In this document: positions 15,001 to 29,618 of the stretch, piece by piece
Numbering within the stretch: position 1 is the stretch's first letter
Layout of the letters: the number at the start of each line of letters is the position of its first letter
NCBI GenBank assembly: GCA_963920595.1
Contig: OY986948.1
Coordinates: 1,426,001-1,490,000, forward strand
Direction of reading: 5' to 3'
DNA: 64,000 nt
From: Eimeria praecox
Taxonomy: Eukaryota
Notes under the pieces: generated by a model
Database searches by the model: none
What the model saw: the letters and a program-made list of their open reading frames with translations, nothing else
Told to the model about the DNA's origin: nothing
Translations under genes and position numbers: made by a program

Positions 15001-18000
15001 GCACACCCAGCCGGACGAATGAATTATGGGAATAGTTTCGATTTACTTGCTAGCGCTGTGCGTAGCACGAGCTCCGCATGTGATTACAGGCTAGACGGGT
15101 AGTTGAATCTCAGCAAGCTGCTGCCAAAGCTGACCGTTTCTGTATCCCAGAAGTACTTAAGCTGTGACTGCCACTGAAAGCAGTCCACAGAACTAGCGCG
15201 CTCGTCCAAGAGGCGCTGTATGATGTCTCGTCCATGCGTATCAATTGTTATAATGCACATGATCTTCTGCCTGAGAGCTGGAGTTAGAGAGCCTTGGACA
15301 AGTTTGATTGCTGATTTGAGCTCTTCTACATGCTTCTCCATGCACTCTTCCATTGCCTTTGGAGTCTAAGTGGAGCATAGTACAGTCATTCACGCAGTGC
15401 ATGAACAGAGCAGAACTAATTGCACATTATGGTTGCTGCGTTTGAATGTGTAGGTTTGGCTTACTTCTTGCATCTTCGAAAACGCTTCTTCTACCTGCAC
15501 AACCCAAGAGGCCATGTTGACCAAAAGCGTAGCTTGAGCAGCTGGGTCAGCTTTTATCCAGTCGTCCTTTGATTTTGCCGTCCACCGAGCAGCGAATGAC
15601 ATCTTGATGTAATGTCGGACGGTTTTCCGCATCATTGCTATGCAGTCTTGGAGGTAAGATTCCACCTGCAATGCACACCTTTTCCAATCTATTATTTCGG
15701 TAAGGAAGCTGCGGAAGCCTTTCGAACACATTGTTCTATAGGTGCGCACGAGAAGTTGCCAGCCGTGCAGTGTAACTAACTTTGCCGACAAATGCCATTT
15801 CTTCGGGAAGTGCTAGCTGTTCGGTGCCGACACAGGAGGTGATTCCCGTAGCTACAGGTCTACTTTGGTCTTTGTCAGACGGCAAGGCAACCCTCCAGTC
15901 AAACTGCTGAATTGCTTGGAATATCTTCGGCATATGCACCATGACAGCTGGAGGGTCATTACCGTGAGAAAGAATGTCCAACAGGTCAACCGATGACACG
16001 AAAAAGAATCGAGGAAAGGTTTTACGCTTAGAGTCCATAAATTCATTGAGAGCTTTTTCGCACAAAGAGAGCTGCTTCTGGAGCTCATCAATCTGAGTTG
16101 CAATGTCAGGCAAAACACAAAAATCTTTGATTTTCGAGTTGGACTCTCCTTTCCGTAAAACCTCTTTCATGCTCTCGTCAATCTGCACGAAACGTTCGGC
16201 TTCCTGAGGAAGCTCCCGTTTCACTTCTTCTGAGCAGAGAAAGAGATTTTCTAGAAAGGTCCAAGACCTCTGGACTTCTCGCATCATTTGAGTAACATCC
16301 CCTATTGTGGCGAGAAGCTTTTGCCACTTTGTCACTTCAGTCTCAAAAGTTGCAAAAAACCTGAACACACATTGATATGGCATGTACAATCAGCAAGATA
16401 TATCAGGAAACTGTCTTGGTGATTCTACGCTCCAGCCGCAGTGTTTTGGAAGGCCACCTATAGAAGAGCAGCAGCATGGTCTCAATCGTTAGAAAAGGAA
16501 TCAATACATACTTTGAAACCATCATGTTTTGAACCAGCATCTGTTGCTCTTCTAGGAGCTCGCTGCTTTCTTCCGAGAGGGACAACAGATGAACGTCAGG
16601 CTGCCTCGCAGGGGTCAGCACAAACAGGGCGCCTTCCCACGTATTTGTAAGGAGTACCAAATTTTTTTCGATTGCCTCTTCCTGCTTTGCCTGGAAGGCA
16701 CAAAGATATTTCGCACCATCACCGGTGATGAGCGCATGATGTTTCGCAGTTCTGGACCCCACCCTTGTTTTACAGCTCTTCTAGTAAAATCAGCCCCTGG
16801 TAATGCGGTGGCAAGGCCTAACTCTGGCCCCACATAGCTGCATCAGAACTTGTGCGACAGCATCTCCTACATTCTCCATCCTACCTTGTCAGTAATCTCT
16901 TCAACAGCCCCCTGTAGCGCTAAGAGATTAAGATCTTCGATTTGACTGAGCTTGGTTTTGTCAGATATTTCAACAGATTTTTGTGCAAGACCGAGTAGCT
17001 CATTCCAGTGACGCTCGCGCATGTACGGCCCCCGGAGCTCTGTAATTAATGGTGCAATTTGAACCCACGTTCGAAGCATCGCTAACAGTCCTTGGTAAGC
17101 GTCTGTCTTTTTATCCATCTGCACAGAGCGTCGCCCTTTACACAGCCAGATTCTTGGGGAATATGCAAAGTGTTGTTTGGCTGCAAGTTAAAGGTGGGTA
17201 TTCCATGCATGTCGCTGGTGTTAGGCCCTCCAAATGCTATGCGGCAGTAAGATACTGGCGTTTATTCCATTTCACTGCATGGAGAGTGCATCGCTACATG
17301 CCAAAACGTCTCTTCAGATATCCCGATGCACCTTTAAATCCTTTTGTAAGCTTTTCTGCATCGCCTTTACGGCGATTTCAATTTGCACTCCATCGACATC
17401 GGGCCACAAAAGCCCCCGGTACTCCTCCACCTTGTTCAGCATCGATTCTGCAACGTTCCAGAACTGCGTCACGTTTCGCAACTCGTCTTCCATTGTAAAA
17501 AGGCTCTGACGGGACGCATTTAGCAGCTCAGGGAAGTTAAAAGAGGCCGCTGGTACTTGCAATGCCTGAAGCGCTTTCGCACAGCTCAAGTTACAAGGAA
17601 CATAGTCAAGGATTCGAATGCAGAATATTTGTTTGTGCTGTAGCAGCATGATTTCGATTTGATCCATAACAATATAGTATTTGACCCAAAATGGGCTCCG
17701 TTTCTCCCACATAGTTTCATCCTAACCTCCATCGTTCGGAGCAGTTCGTTGGTACGTTCTGAGACCTCCTTTATCCGTGCTCTTGCCTCCGTCGGGGAAG
17801 TGCTGAACGAGTAGAAGCACTCGCCCGACAGCGTCTCTTGGAGGGAGTTTACAGACGTGTCTAGCTCTTCTATGGCCTTCCTCGTTTTCGCCGCCTCCGC
17901 CTCAAACGCGTCTCCCAATTCGTGGCAACGCTTCTCTGCAGAGGCCCTGTGTGCACCGGACAGCCCACCGTATTCGTAGGGGATCGGAGTAAGCAAGGTA

Positions 18001-21000
18001 CTTGAACTTTTAATTTACCACTTCACCACGCTGTAACGGAATGTGGAAGGCTACATCAAGAAGCTGATATAAACTTGAAGTGATGCACCTTGACGGCTCG
18101 AGGACTCACTCGAGGGCCGTTCGTTTTTCTCCTATCTTTTTAAGTGCCCTGTTGCTTGAATCGACGTTAGCCCCTAGCTCCTGCAGCTTTTGCAGAGCAA
18201 CCTGCAAGACTTCTATGTACAGCTCGTGCTCAGCCCTCAGCGCCTCCACATTTTTAATGTGCTGTCGGACGTCCAGCAGGCTGCGGCGGTCATCATGCTT
18301 TACTTTTGCCTGAACGACCTCATGCCCATTCTGCAGATGCAGAATGGTTTTGTTCGCTGTAGGGCAGACCTTAAGCATTTCACAGCGGACAGGGATTCCA
18401 TTAGAAAGCACGGCGGGCTCGTTCGTCTTGAGGATATTTTGTAACACGCCGCACAACTTGCCTGAAGCCCCGCTTCCGTACGAAGGCAGAATTTCTCCAG
18501 CATATTCATTGTGTTGGCGATAAATGTGGTAACTGTAGGGCCAGCAAAGTCATTTGCTCTTGGTCGCGGCTTTTCCACGAATGTGGCAGTGAAAGGCGAT
18601 CCCCTGATTTCTTGAGGGGGAGTTCCATCTTGCGCATCAAGTAGAACCGATACAGAGACTCTCCCTGACCGAGGTGCTGTGTATGTAGCCAAATATGTGC
18701 CATTTTCGAAGTCTTTAATGGATACTGGTAGGTACACGGGTGGCTCCACGGGCTTGGCCTCGGTCTCCTCCGCGTCGGGCTCCTCCTGGGGCAGCTGCTG
18801 TTGCTGAAAGCGCACATCAAACAATGGCGACTGTAAAACCCATTGGCACGCCTCTTTAGAAATCCGTCTTGTAGGCAGTGAGCATTTCTTGGCGAAGGTA
18901 GAGTACGGAGCAAGTGAGCAGGCATTCTGTCTTGCCTCAGGGAGTATGAAGGCGTTCACGACAAATGTATCCCCTCCCGTCGTTCTTTTTCCATTTTGCG
19001 CGTTCCTTGCTTCAATGAAGAAAGACGTAGGCACACCTGGAGCTCCATCGGAAAGCAGCCCAGGCCCCACCGCAAGACAGCATGATGCGCAAGCATTCGC
19101 ATAGAACTGAAATGAACAAAGAGAAGAAGTCAAGTCTTTGGCTCCAATTTTGACGCGAACCTCGCATGTCCGTGGGCCTGAAAATGCATGAAATTCCAGG
19201 CTTACACAGGCTTAGCATGTGCCAAAATCAACGCAAAAGCGGGTATGTGGAAAAACGGGAGCGCGATTTCTTCTCTGTACCCTCGTCAGCCAGTCTATCC
19301 CATGTCGTCAGAAAGGACAGAGGCTCAAATTTCCCTACGAAATTTCCAGGGCATTGTTTGGAGTTTCTAAAGGACGTTGTGGACAGATGATCACAGGGAA
19401 CGCTCTTGAGGCTTGAATTTTGCTGTCGACAGCACTCTGTGTGGTGTGCTCACTAACCCAGGGCAGCTTTGACGTTTGGGGTTAGGGCATGAATTTCCGT
19501 TGATGATACGAAGGTTCCCGGAACGTCGGCGAAGAAATCTCCAACAGAAAATCGAACAATAATAGAACCCGTTGTAAATCCGGCACCTCTAAGGGTGATT
19601 GGTGTGCCTCCCGTCATCGGGCCACAAGGTGGGGACAGGCCGAGGACAGCATATGGAGGGCCCACAACAGAGGAGACGCAACATGTCCAGAGGTCCCCAA
19701 GCCACTTGCCACTCCTGAGACGCATTGCATGAGCGGCTTGTAACTGCATCCCAGGATGCAGAAGGGAAAAAAGTTGTAGGGGCAAGGAACTGCTGCTTCT
19801 GTGATGGAACTCACCAGCCACCAAAGACAACCAAAGTAGAGTCCTCGGCAAAATAGGCCATTGTCGCACCCTCTCGAGGCAAGGGAAGGTCCGTAATTCC
19901 TGCTGGAGCCTGCTGTGAGGCGTTCGCGATGCTTCCGTGTCCCCTGCGTTTCAGCGGACCTGACCTTTCCACGGTCTCTCGTTGCTCTGCTGCCGCAGCA
20001 GCGGCAGATATTGTCGTTATGAAGTCCCAGTGGCATTCTTCAGCAAGCGTTAGAACGCCAATATCCGAGCACAGATGCGTCTGAAATCTCCTAGGATTTT
20101 CAGACGCTTCACTCGACGCCCCTCCAAAGACGAAAAACTTTGTACTTGGTCTAGCGTGGACAAGCAAACCGCACATGTTCCAGCGCGCACCACCGCCAGG
20201 CCAAGGAGCATCTACCTCACACCTGAAGTTGCAAATAGACGATAGCAATGTCTATGGCATTTTATTCAAAGGAGAGAGAACTACATAGCCTGTAATTTAT
20301 CCTTTAACACCGAGTAGAGTTCGAAATGTGTTTGCACCGCATAGTCCGCTATCGGCAATGTCTTTCACTAGCTGCAGTGGTTGATCTCGCTAATCGTGGT
20401 TAAGTATCCGCATTTATTTATCTCAGGTTGTCCAGTGCATGGGCATGTTGAGTCAGAAGAGGGCAGATGATGCACTAAAACTAGTGCTGCCAAACCAGTC
20501 ACGGTTTTCCAAGTCGTAGGCAAATAGGTCGTTGTAGTTCCCTTCGCTGCTCCAACCTAGAAACAAAACCACTTCCCACGGCTAGTAAATCCATTCTTCA
20601 AGTGAATATCCTGGGTGCACACCTGGCAGAATACCTTAGTTACCGGCTCACTTATCAGGCTTATTCAGTTTTGGAGTCTTACCGCCGAAGACAAACATCA
20701 TGTTCCCCTTCACGACTGCGGAATGTCCTTGCCTGAAAACGCAGGAGAGCTGCCAGGACTCCACTCCCGTAACCATCGAATAGCAAATAAATCTGCTTTG
20801 CCGAATATTTGTAATGGCCCCAACCTTTAAAGCAGCCTCACCGAGGCGCCGGCGATGTGCCTGTAAATGTATGCTGCTGCCATGTCCAACTTTCGCAGTC
20901 CAAGGACCAAACATCAGCCAGCGCAGTTCTTTCATATTTCATTCCTCCACAACCGCCAAAGATGATAACTTGTAGCCCAGTAGTTGATGCAACTTCATTA

Positions 21001-22800
21001 TCTGGGAACTCGGCCTCTCCTTGTGGAAGCGAGGTTTCCCACAGGCATGCGGAGTGGCCACAACGCCCAACAGGCATTCCTTGGCCTGCGCAGTCGGAGC
21101 AAGCCTTAGGCAATGCCTTACTTTCAGGAAAAAGCAACGCAGCACACGACGAAGGTTTGTGCCAACTATGTGTCAGATTGTGCCTTCACACCGCTAACTA
21201 ATGTAGGAAGTGTTTAGAGATGCAATATCTGCTCAGCTATCCCGGATGGCTTGGAATTACCATAGGATTGGCTATCAGCCTGCTCTAGACGTAAAAGCTG
21301 CTGCAGAGCTACCTGGAACCCCGAGCGCTCGACCTGGGTTAGCGGAACACAGCACTGCAAGATAATATTTCCCCCTGCAGCTGAATCATCTGAAACCGGG
21401 TTTGCCAAAGTTTTCAAGAGCAAGCTTCTGTCGCGGCAAATACAAAGAAAGCAGTCACAGTTTTTCGTACTTCGAGTGACTGCCAATTTAAGTTCCGAGA
21501 AAAGTGCTGGTTTCTCATGCAGCTCACCTTATCGAGCACGTCCGCGATAGCAGCCACTGCGGCATCACTGCAGGAGCATCAGCACGCCTTACAAGCAAAT
21601 GAGAAAAAGCTTCAAGTGTCACATTGTCTGAGTCTCAATGGCCCACTGAGGACTTGGAGGTGGCCTCCATCATCCAGCTGGCTCGGAGTGCACTGGAGGA
21701 GTAGACCCCCCATCGGACTACTAAGCACTTTCCAGTGGGTTAAAGCTACTTCTTTCTACTTCTAAATGTTCTACTGGTCTGTGGTGACGGTATGCACGAA
21801 AATTCTATGAGAGAAGCAGCGCAGAATACAAGTGAGGGAATCAGCTAACATGTGTCCATGTAAGCCTACTTCTGGCTTGCCGCCGCTGCTGCCTCCTGCG
21901 AAAACGACAGGCAAGTGCAGATGCGTCACTACACCTTCCGGAAAGGCTTTTGGCTGTGCAGTCGCGTGCAGAACACTACGTTTTATTTGGAATTGGGAGG
22001 GAGGCAAACTGGCGCAGTGAGTAGAATATGGCGTCAGCCTTGCCTTATTCGCTTCAGGAGCGTCTTCATTCTTTGTAGAAAATGTGACTTTCGAAAAGGT
22101 TTGGCCGTCTGCAGATAGTTGCGTATGGTAGGTGGCAAATGACTACCCATGGCCTGTTCTTACGCCGGATGCCAACATGCAATTTCGGCCGCTATGAGGA
22201 GACGATTTTGTATATGTAACTTAGCAATCCACCTAAACTTCGTCAGTATGCAAAAAGCTCACTTAGGTCTAAAATCCAAGCTTCGTTGGAACATACGAAA
22301 GGCCGATGGCTAAGGCAACCGCCCCAAATTAAAAGCCGAGATCCGCCGATAGAAGTAGCAGAGTGAAAACAGCGGCCTTGCGGCTGAAGATCACCAGCTG
22401 GCTGTAGTCTGCACCACGAGGCTCGAGCTGCAGGGGTACGAGACATGCATAGAATGCAGTATATTATGGATGTGTGCATTGCACCACAGGTTTTTTTGTG
22501 CAGGTAAAATATACGCTAGCATCCGTTTTAGAGGGCTGTACACCATATTATAGATCGGAAAGGATCCTAAATGTTGGTTGCTATGGGTGTGTGCAGGAGC
22601 TGACGCGGGTTGGGGGCTTCGGAGGTAAGAGTCAAAATGTAGGCATCATCTTTAGGAGGGGAGCAAGCATCCTCGTGCTCCCCAGGCCCAATTCCCCCAT
22701 AAACAACGAATGATCCGTTGCATGCTGTAAGCGAATGCCCCCATCGGGGACTGGGTGCTCCTTCAGCAGTTAGGCGGTGCCACGCGCACCCGCGCGGCTG
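36..22800 (-). CDS. Axonemal dynein heavy chain, outer-arm alpha-type (Kelch/IPT/filamin N-terminus); multi-exon, dozens of introns
   Basis: Colinear minus-strand exons carry the AAA1 P-loop [14 protein letters not shown] (14710-15006), [26 protein letters not shown]2 [30 protein letters not shown]3 GSAGCGKT and AAA4 GVGGSGKQS. These are followed by the stalk/MTBD (7400-9160), AAA5 [11 protein letters not shown] and AAA6 WVVLQNVHL. The last exon 36-108 reads [15 protein letters not shown] (TGA at 36-38). The start codon is unresolved; the first clear exon ends near 22800, with a candidate ATG at 23007. Confidence 0.96.
18460..19680 (-). other. IPT/TIG domain followed by a filamin-type Ig repeat in the dynein tail
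   Basis: [21 protein letters not shown]...[12 protein letters not shown] is IPT/TIG-like. GPGL...[23 protein letters not shown]...[12 protein letters not shown]...IRGSPF is filamin-repeat-like. Confidence 0.85.
19811..22800 (-). other. Kelch-repeat (beta-propeller) exons of the dynein N-terminus
   Basis: Repeated Kelch signatures: PSPRWGHSL...[15 protein letters not shown]...[15 protein letters not shown]...IIFGG...[11 protein letters not shown]...[15 protein letters not shown]...LVVFGGW. Confidence 0.85.
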
Positions 22801-23711
22801 CATACGGAATAGTGCACGCAACATAAAAGGCTTCAAGGTATGCGTAATGAGCAAAATAATATCTCTCATGTGGCCGTAGCATCTTTCATGGCATGCGTGA
22901 CTCTAGACAACATTCCAATAAAGCTGTATCGGGGACTGTAAAACAGTCGCTCCGGCAGAGCTGTCGTAGAGGAGGTCAGAGCACAGACCTGCTACCATGA
23001 CGGCCATGGAGAGAGTTGGAAAGTAAATTGGCTAGGTAAGTGCTAAACATAGGTGGCAAGGGGATTCTCCGGCTACTCGTGTACATTTGAGGAGCTAAAG
23101 TTCAGGGCTTCTTGTAATGAAAATTGTCCCACCATTTCTGCAAGGCGCGCCGTACACAAAAAGCAGGTCCGCAGTCTTCTCGTCTCACTGCACTGATGGT
23201 AGGCTATAGGATCTATTTTACGTATGAAGATGGCCAGAGTATAGTTGGTGGCTTCTAGGCATTGATCGTGCAGGGCAGCCCAAACCACACAACTAGACCT
23301 GCGGCGGTGACCTGGGGTCACCCACGATTTCTGTTTTGCGTTTTTGTTTGGCGCTACAGGGAAACGGGGCTGTAGTTGTCAGAATATTCTTATATTTAAT
23401 GAGTGCAGCACACGCTGCTTATTTTGGTGCAGGAGCATATCTACACCTCCAGCAGATCGAGCTGAAGTCAGCCCCGACGGGAGACTGGTAGCCCCTCACC
23501 AGGATCTACTAGGAACACAGCTTACAGCCATTGAATTACCAGTAATTTCGTAAATTCTGAGTGTATTTTTACTGTTTGATGCCAGTGTATCCCCTTCTGT
23601 GAAGATCTGTGCCAACCGTCTGCCAGAACTTCAAACGCAAGGCTGTGCGCCTGTAGAGACCTGCTCTCACTCGCGACGCATGCTATTTGGAAGACCCACT
23701 CATTCCACAAC

Positions 23712-26016
<2,305 letters not shown>

Positions 26017-27132
26017 CTACCTCATAAGCTGCAGCAAATAATTCTCTGGAAAGGCTTAACTAATCTACTAGTGTCCCTATTGGGTTCAAACAACAAACTT
26101 GCTCAGTAGTATCGAGGTACCGAGATGTAGCGTGCACAACTAAAATGGCCCCAGAGGTGCACCACCTTCGCATAGAGGTACTTATATCCTCTGAGACACC
26201 TTCAGAGAAAAATTTCGCCCCGTCCGCATTTTAGAGTCAGCTCCCGTCGGTCCGTTGAGTCGCAAGCGACTCGCTCGGCCCCTGAGGCGCCATGGCTGAC
26301 TATTGAGATGTTACACGGTTTCCCATGTAGTTCTAGAACACTATTTGAGCGTTTCCAGAGAACCTACTCTTCTGCGTGCGCTTTACAATAGTTGGCATAA
26401 CTGATTCTGCACTACAATGGATCTCTGGAGTGGCCTCTAGAGGCCTAGTATCATGAAAAGGAATGAAGATTACATAATACTTCAGGGATTAGGGCACTTT
26501 TAGATAGAAAAGAAGCTTAATAGGATCAGAGTGCTCGCCAGACGGCACCTGCTTGGGGCTGCGTGTGAGGCTGTTGCTGTGACTCTGGCTCGGCGAGGGT
26601 CGGCAGTTCTATTATTCTGGGTTTTCTTTCCTAACAATAATATGAACTCGATTGTATATTTGGTTGTTAATTGTGTCTATTAGTGGTTTCAGCGAGAATC
26701 ATAGATTTTGATAGCTAGTTATTGTGTGTGCACCTATTCAGTATAACTTAGGGATCTCACGTAGTAACAGTGTAGGCTAGCTGTTCATCACAGATTCCCC
26801 ACCCTCGCTCACAGTGCTTGTGCCCATTTCCCCCTCTGGATCCCGGCGACATGGTCATTATGCTCTTTTTGACTAAAACATAAAATGTTTATTGTTCATT
26901 AAGAGAATCGCTCTATTCAACTGCATCATCAATATGTGCCATCAGTTCTGTCCGCAATAACCCATCGTAAGTAGCAGCCCTGCGCCCACAGAGGCTCGGC
27001 ACGTCCCACTCGCTGCAGGGGGATGCCGCATGCGAAATCTACGCCTCCATCTGTAGCCTAATTTAGTCTCAATTGTATAGAGGTTACTCGGAATATTGGA
27101 TTTTGCAAGAAGACCTGGCGGGCGCAACTTGC

Positions 27133-27144
27133 TGCATGCATGCA
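27133..27144. promoter_or_regulatory. TGCATGCA(TGCA) palindromic motif upstream of the 27469 gene
   Basis: TGCATGCATGCA lies ~330 bp upstream of the ATG. TGCATGCA is a known abundant non-coding/ApiAP2-type motif in apicomplexans; its function here is not shown. Confidence 0.35.
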
Positions 27145-27468
27145 CGTGCCACGTCTGCTCCTGCAAGGAACAGGAGGACTGGTGTTCTTCTTTCACTCAT
27201 AACAGCAGTGTGCCGCTGTTTTTACTGGCAGTGAATTCAGTTTCTACTCCCTCCTATCAAGGGTTCAATATTTAAGGTTGACGGTTTCCAGGCGTTTTGC
27301 CGCGGGACCTCTAGGGCCTATTCACAGTCGTGTCTGGAGAGTCTGGCCATCGTCCTTGCTTCAAACGGAGAAAGCTGCATGCCTGTCTTAATCATTAACT
27401 TCAGCTCCAGGCATCCTAAAAAACAAGGAGCCATGCTTACCCAATAAACTCCGACGAGAACATCGCAG

Positions 27469-28155
27469 ATGGGGCTGGCGGACTTCCCTTACCTAATGCG
27501 ACAACGGTTTCGTGCCGCTGTTGAGTGCTACAGATCAACTAGCCTTTACCACAGGAACTTAGGCTTCTTTTGCGTTGGCATTTTGGGGGGGAGTATTTGG
27601 GGGTCTTACAGGAAGAAGGCGAAAGATGCAACGAATGCAGACTGCGCGGCTGTTCATCTTACATTCTACGACCTCCCAGCTGCATTGTCACAAGAGCAGC
27701 AGGATCATCAGTCGTCAACCGGGGAGCAAACTCACCTCCAGTTGACCCTCCAACGGAAACGTGCATTTGAAAGCCTCTGGGAAGAAGCAGCGAGGCTGCT
27801 GCAGAGACAGCCGGGATACACGTATACTCAGATGTTCCGCCGCTTGCCACCGGATGAGGGGGCCCAAAAGGCAGGCCTAAATTATGTGAGGGATGCAGAA
27901 CAGCAGCGTCGTGGTAGCGACCGTAAAGGCGTTGGTGCGGGGATTGAATCATTCAGTGATTCTAAAGATGCGAAGCAGGACCAAGGAGCGGTGGATTATG
28001 TTGAACTGCGCGTGTGGGAAAATGAAGAGTCGCGTAAAAAGGCAGGCATGCTACAGAAGCCCTTTATAGAGCGAATGCGAGAGCTTGGCGTTGAGATGGA
28101 TACGGGCCTTTACAGGCGCGTGTTTGACGACGCACTTGTGCGCCTTATTCAGTAG
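27469..28155 (+). CDS. Intronless hypothetical protein with an N-terminal TM helix and an ABM-like (dimeric alpha+beta barrel) domain
   Basis: Clean 228-aa ATG-TAG ORF. Hydrophobic NLGFFCVGILGGSIWG segment. FESLWEEAARLLQRQPGYTYTQMFR...YVELRVWENEE resembles the ABM pattern F..W......qPG(F/Y)....L.R...Y....W. Confidence 0.75.
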   Translation: MGLADFPYLMRQRFRAAVECYRSTSLYHRNLGFFCVGILGGSIWGSYRKKAKDATNADCAAVHLTFYDLPAALSQEQQDHQSSTGEQTHLQLTLQRKRAFESLWEEAARLLQRQPGYTYTQMFRRLPPDEGAQKAGLNYVRDAEQQRRGSDRKGVGAGIESFSDSKDAKQDQGAVDYVELRVWENEESRKKAGMLQKPFIERMRELGVEMDTGLYRRVFDDALVRLIQ

Positions 28156-29618
28156 TCAGTGTGTTTTAGATCGCCTCCAGTAGGTTAATTGGCGGATATA
28201 TAGAGAATGCCGCCTGCACCAACGAAACACGTGTTTTTTAGTTGAACCCGACGGGAAGTGGCGCAGTAGTGTTGATTCACACTTGCTCCTCGCTCCTGCT
28301 TGCACAACTATACACGAACTATGCTGAAAAAAACATTTTGGTTCTGTTTGGGGGGGGGGGAGGGGAAAGAATTGACGCTATGCATGGAGTGTAGTTCGCG
28401 CGCTTTTTACGCGTAACACACTCTCCCGCCTGTCGGCTGTGGTTTGGAATCGAACATCGAATCTTTCCAACACGGAAGTAATAGTTTTTCGGTATGACCG
28501 AAGCATTAGGCAGGATTGCGGTAGCGTGGTAGTTGGGGTAAGCTTTGAGCTTTGGGCCGCGGTCAGATGCTGACGCTGAAGCTTCAAAGGGAGAAGGCTT
28601 GTAGTTTCCATGGTACTGCAGTTAGACTAGCTCTTGTACTAGGCCTCCACACGTTGTAAACGCATGCTGGGGTGCTTCTGCAGTTGAGCCATAAACCAGA
28701 CCGATGGCATCGATCGACTCACTGGTAGGTGGCCGTCGGCGGTGATATGGTGCGCTTTTTCGTGGTGAAAGGAGCATCCCCTTTTAAAAAGGCAAATTGT
28801 AGAGGTGCTATTCATAGTAGCACGTGAGTATAGACTCACCTGCCGCAGCGCGTAAGTACAATGCAGCCATTGGACCATTATACCGTGGTTGACAGAGCCT
28901 CTAGGGCCCCGATGGGAATATCCAACATGTGCACGCCCATTGTATGAATAAAGTATAAATTAAGTTATGCTTTCAATTGGAAGCATATGCAAGTTTTTCT
29001 GGCCCACGGCGAGTAAGGAAAGTGTGCTTACTTCCTCAAGCGCCCCCCCCCCCCCACCGCCGACAGCAGAGAACACCGAGCCCGCCATGGTCTCCGTGGT
29101 CTCCGTGGGTTCTGTCTAGAGCTCTACGTGCAGTTTTTAACTCTATGCAATCATTGAAAAAATTTGGGGAACCCTGAGGATTTATACAGTGGCTGACTTG
29201 ACTTTCGGCTCCGCCGAACCCAGAGATTTGGCTTGCGAGTGGTCTCGTGAGCTCGAAGTTTGCACTGCAATTCAAATCGGTGGATTCTTTTTTTAGTTTC
29301 CGCTGTAAAGACATAAATAGTCAAATGGGTGTATGAAGGCTTTGAAATAGCTTGGCGGTGTACAATTCTGGTAGGCCCTTCCTAATGTCCCTCTGCTTGG
29401 CTCGCCAGCCATTGCCATCCACAGAGCGCCAGCACTCTCAGAGAGAATTGAAGACATTTTTGAAGATTTTCGCTTGGTCTGGGGGCTAAGGGTCCCCGCC
29501 CTGATGCATCTAGAGGCCTTGAGTCGGTGTCTCTGCAACTGGGCGGGAGATATCTCTCAGGCTCGCAGGGCCCGCCACTAAGTCGGGCGAGGCCGCCTTG
29601 CGGACGACGTCATATAAA

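Noticed and set aside
26257..26272. Small inverted repeat GAGTCGC-AA-GCGACTC
   Set aside because: A 7-bp stem is expected by chance at this window size, and there is no supporting context.
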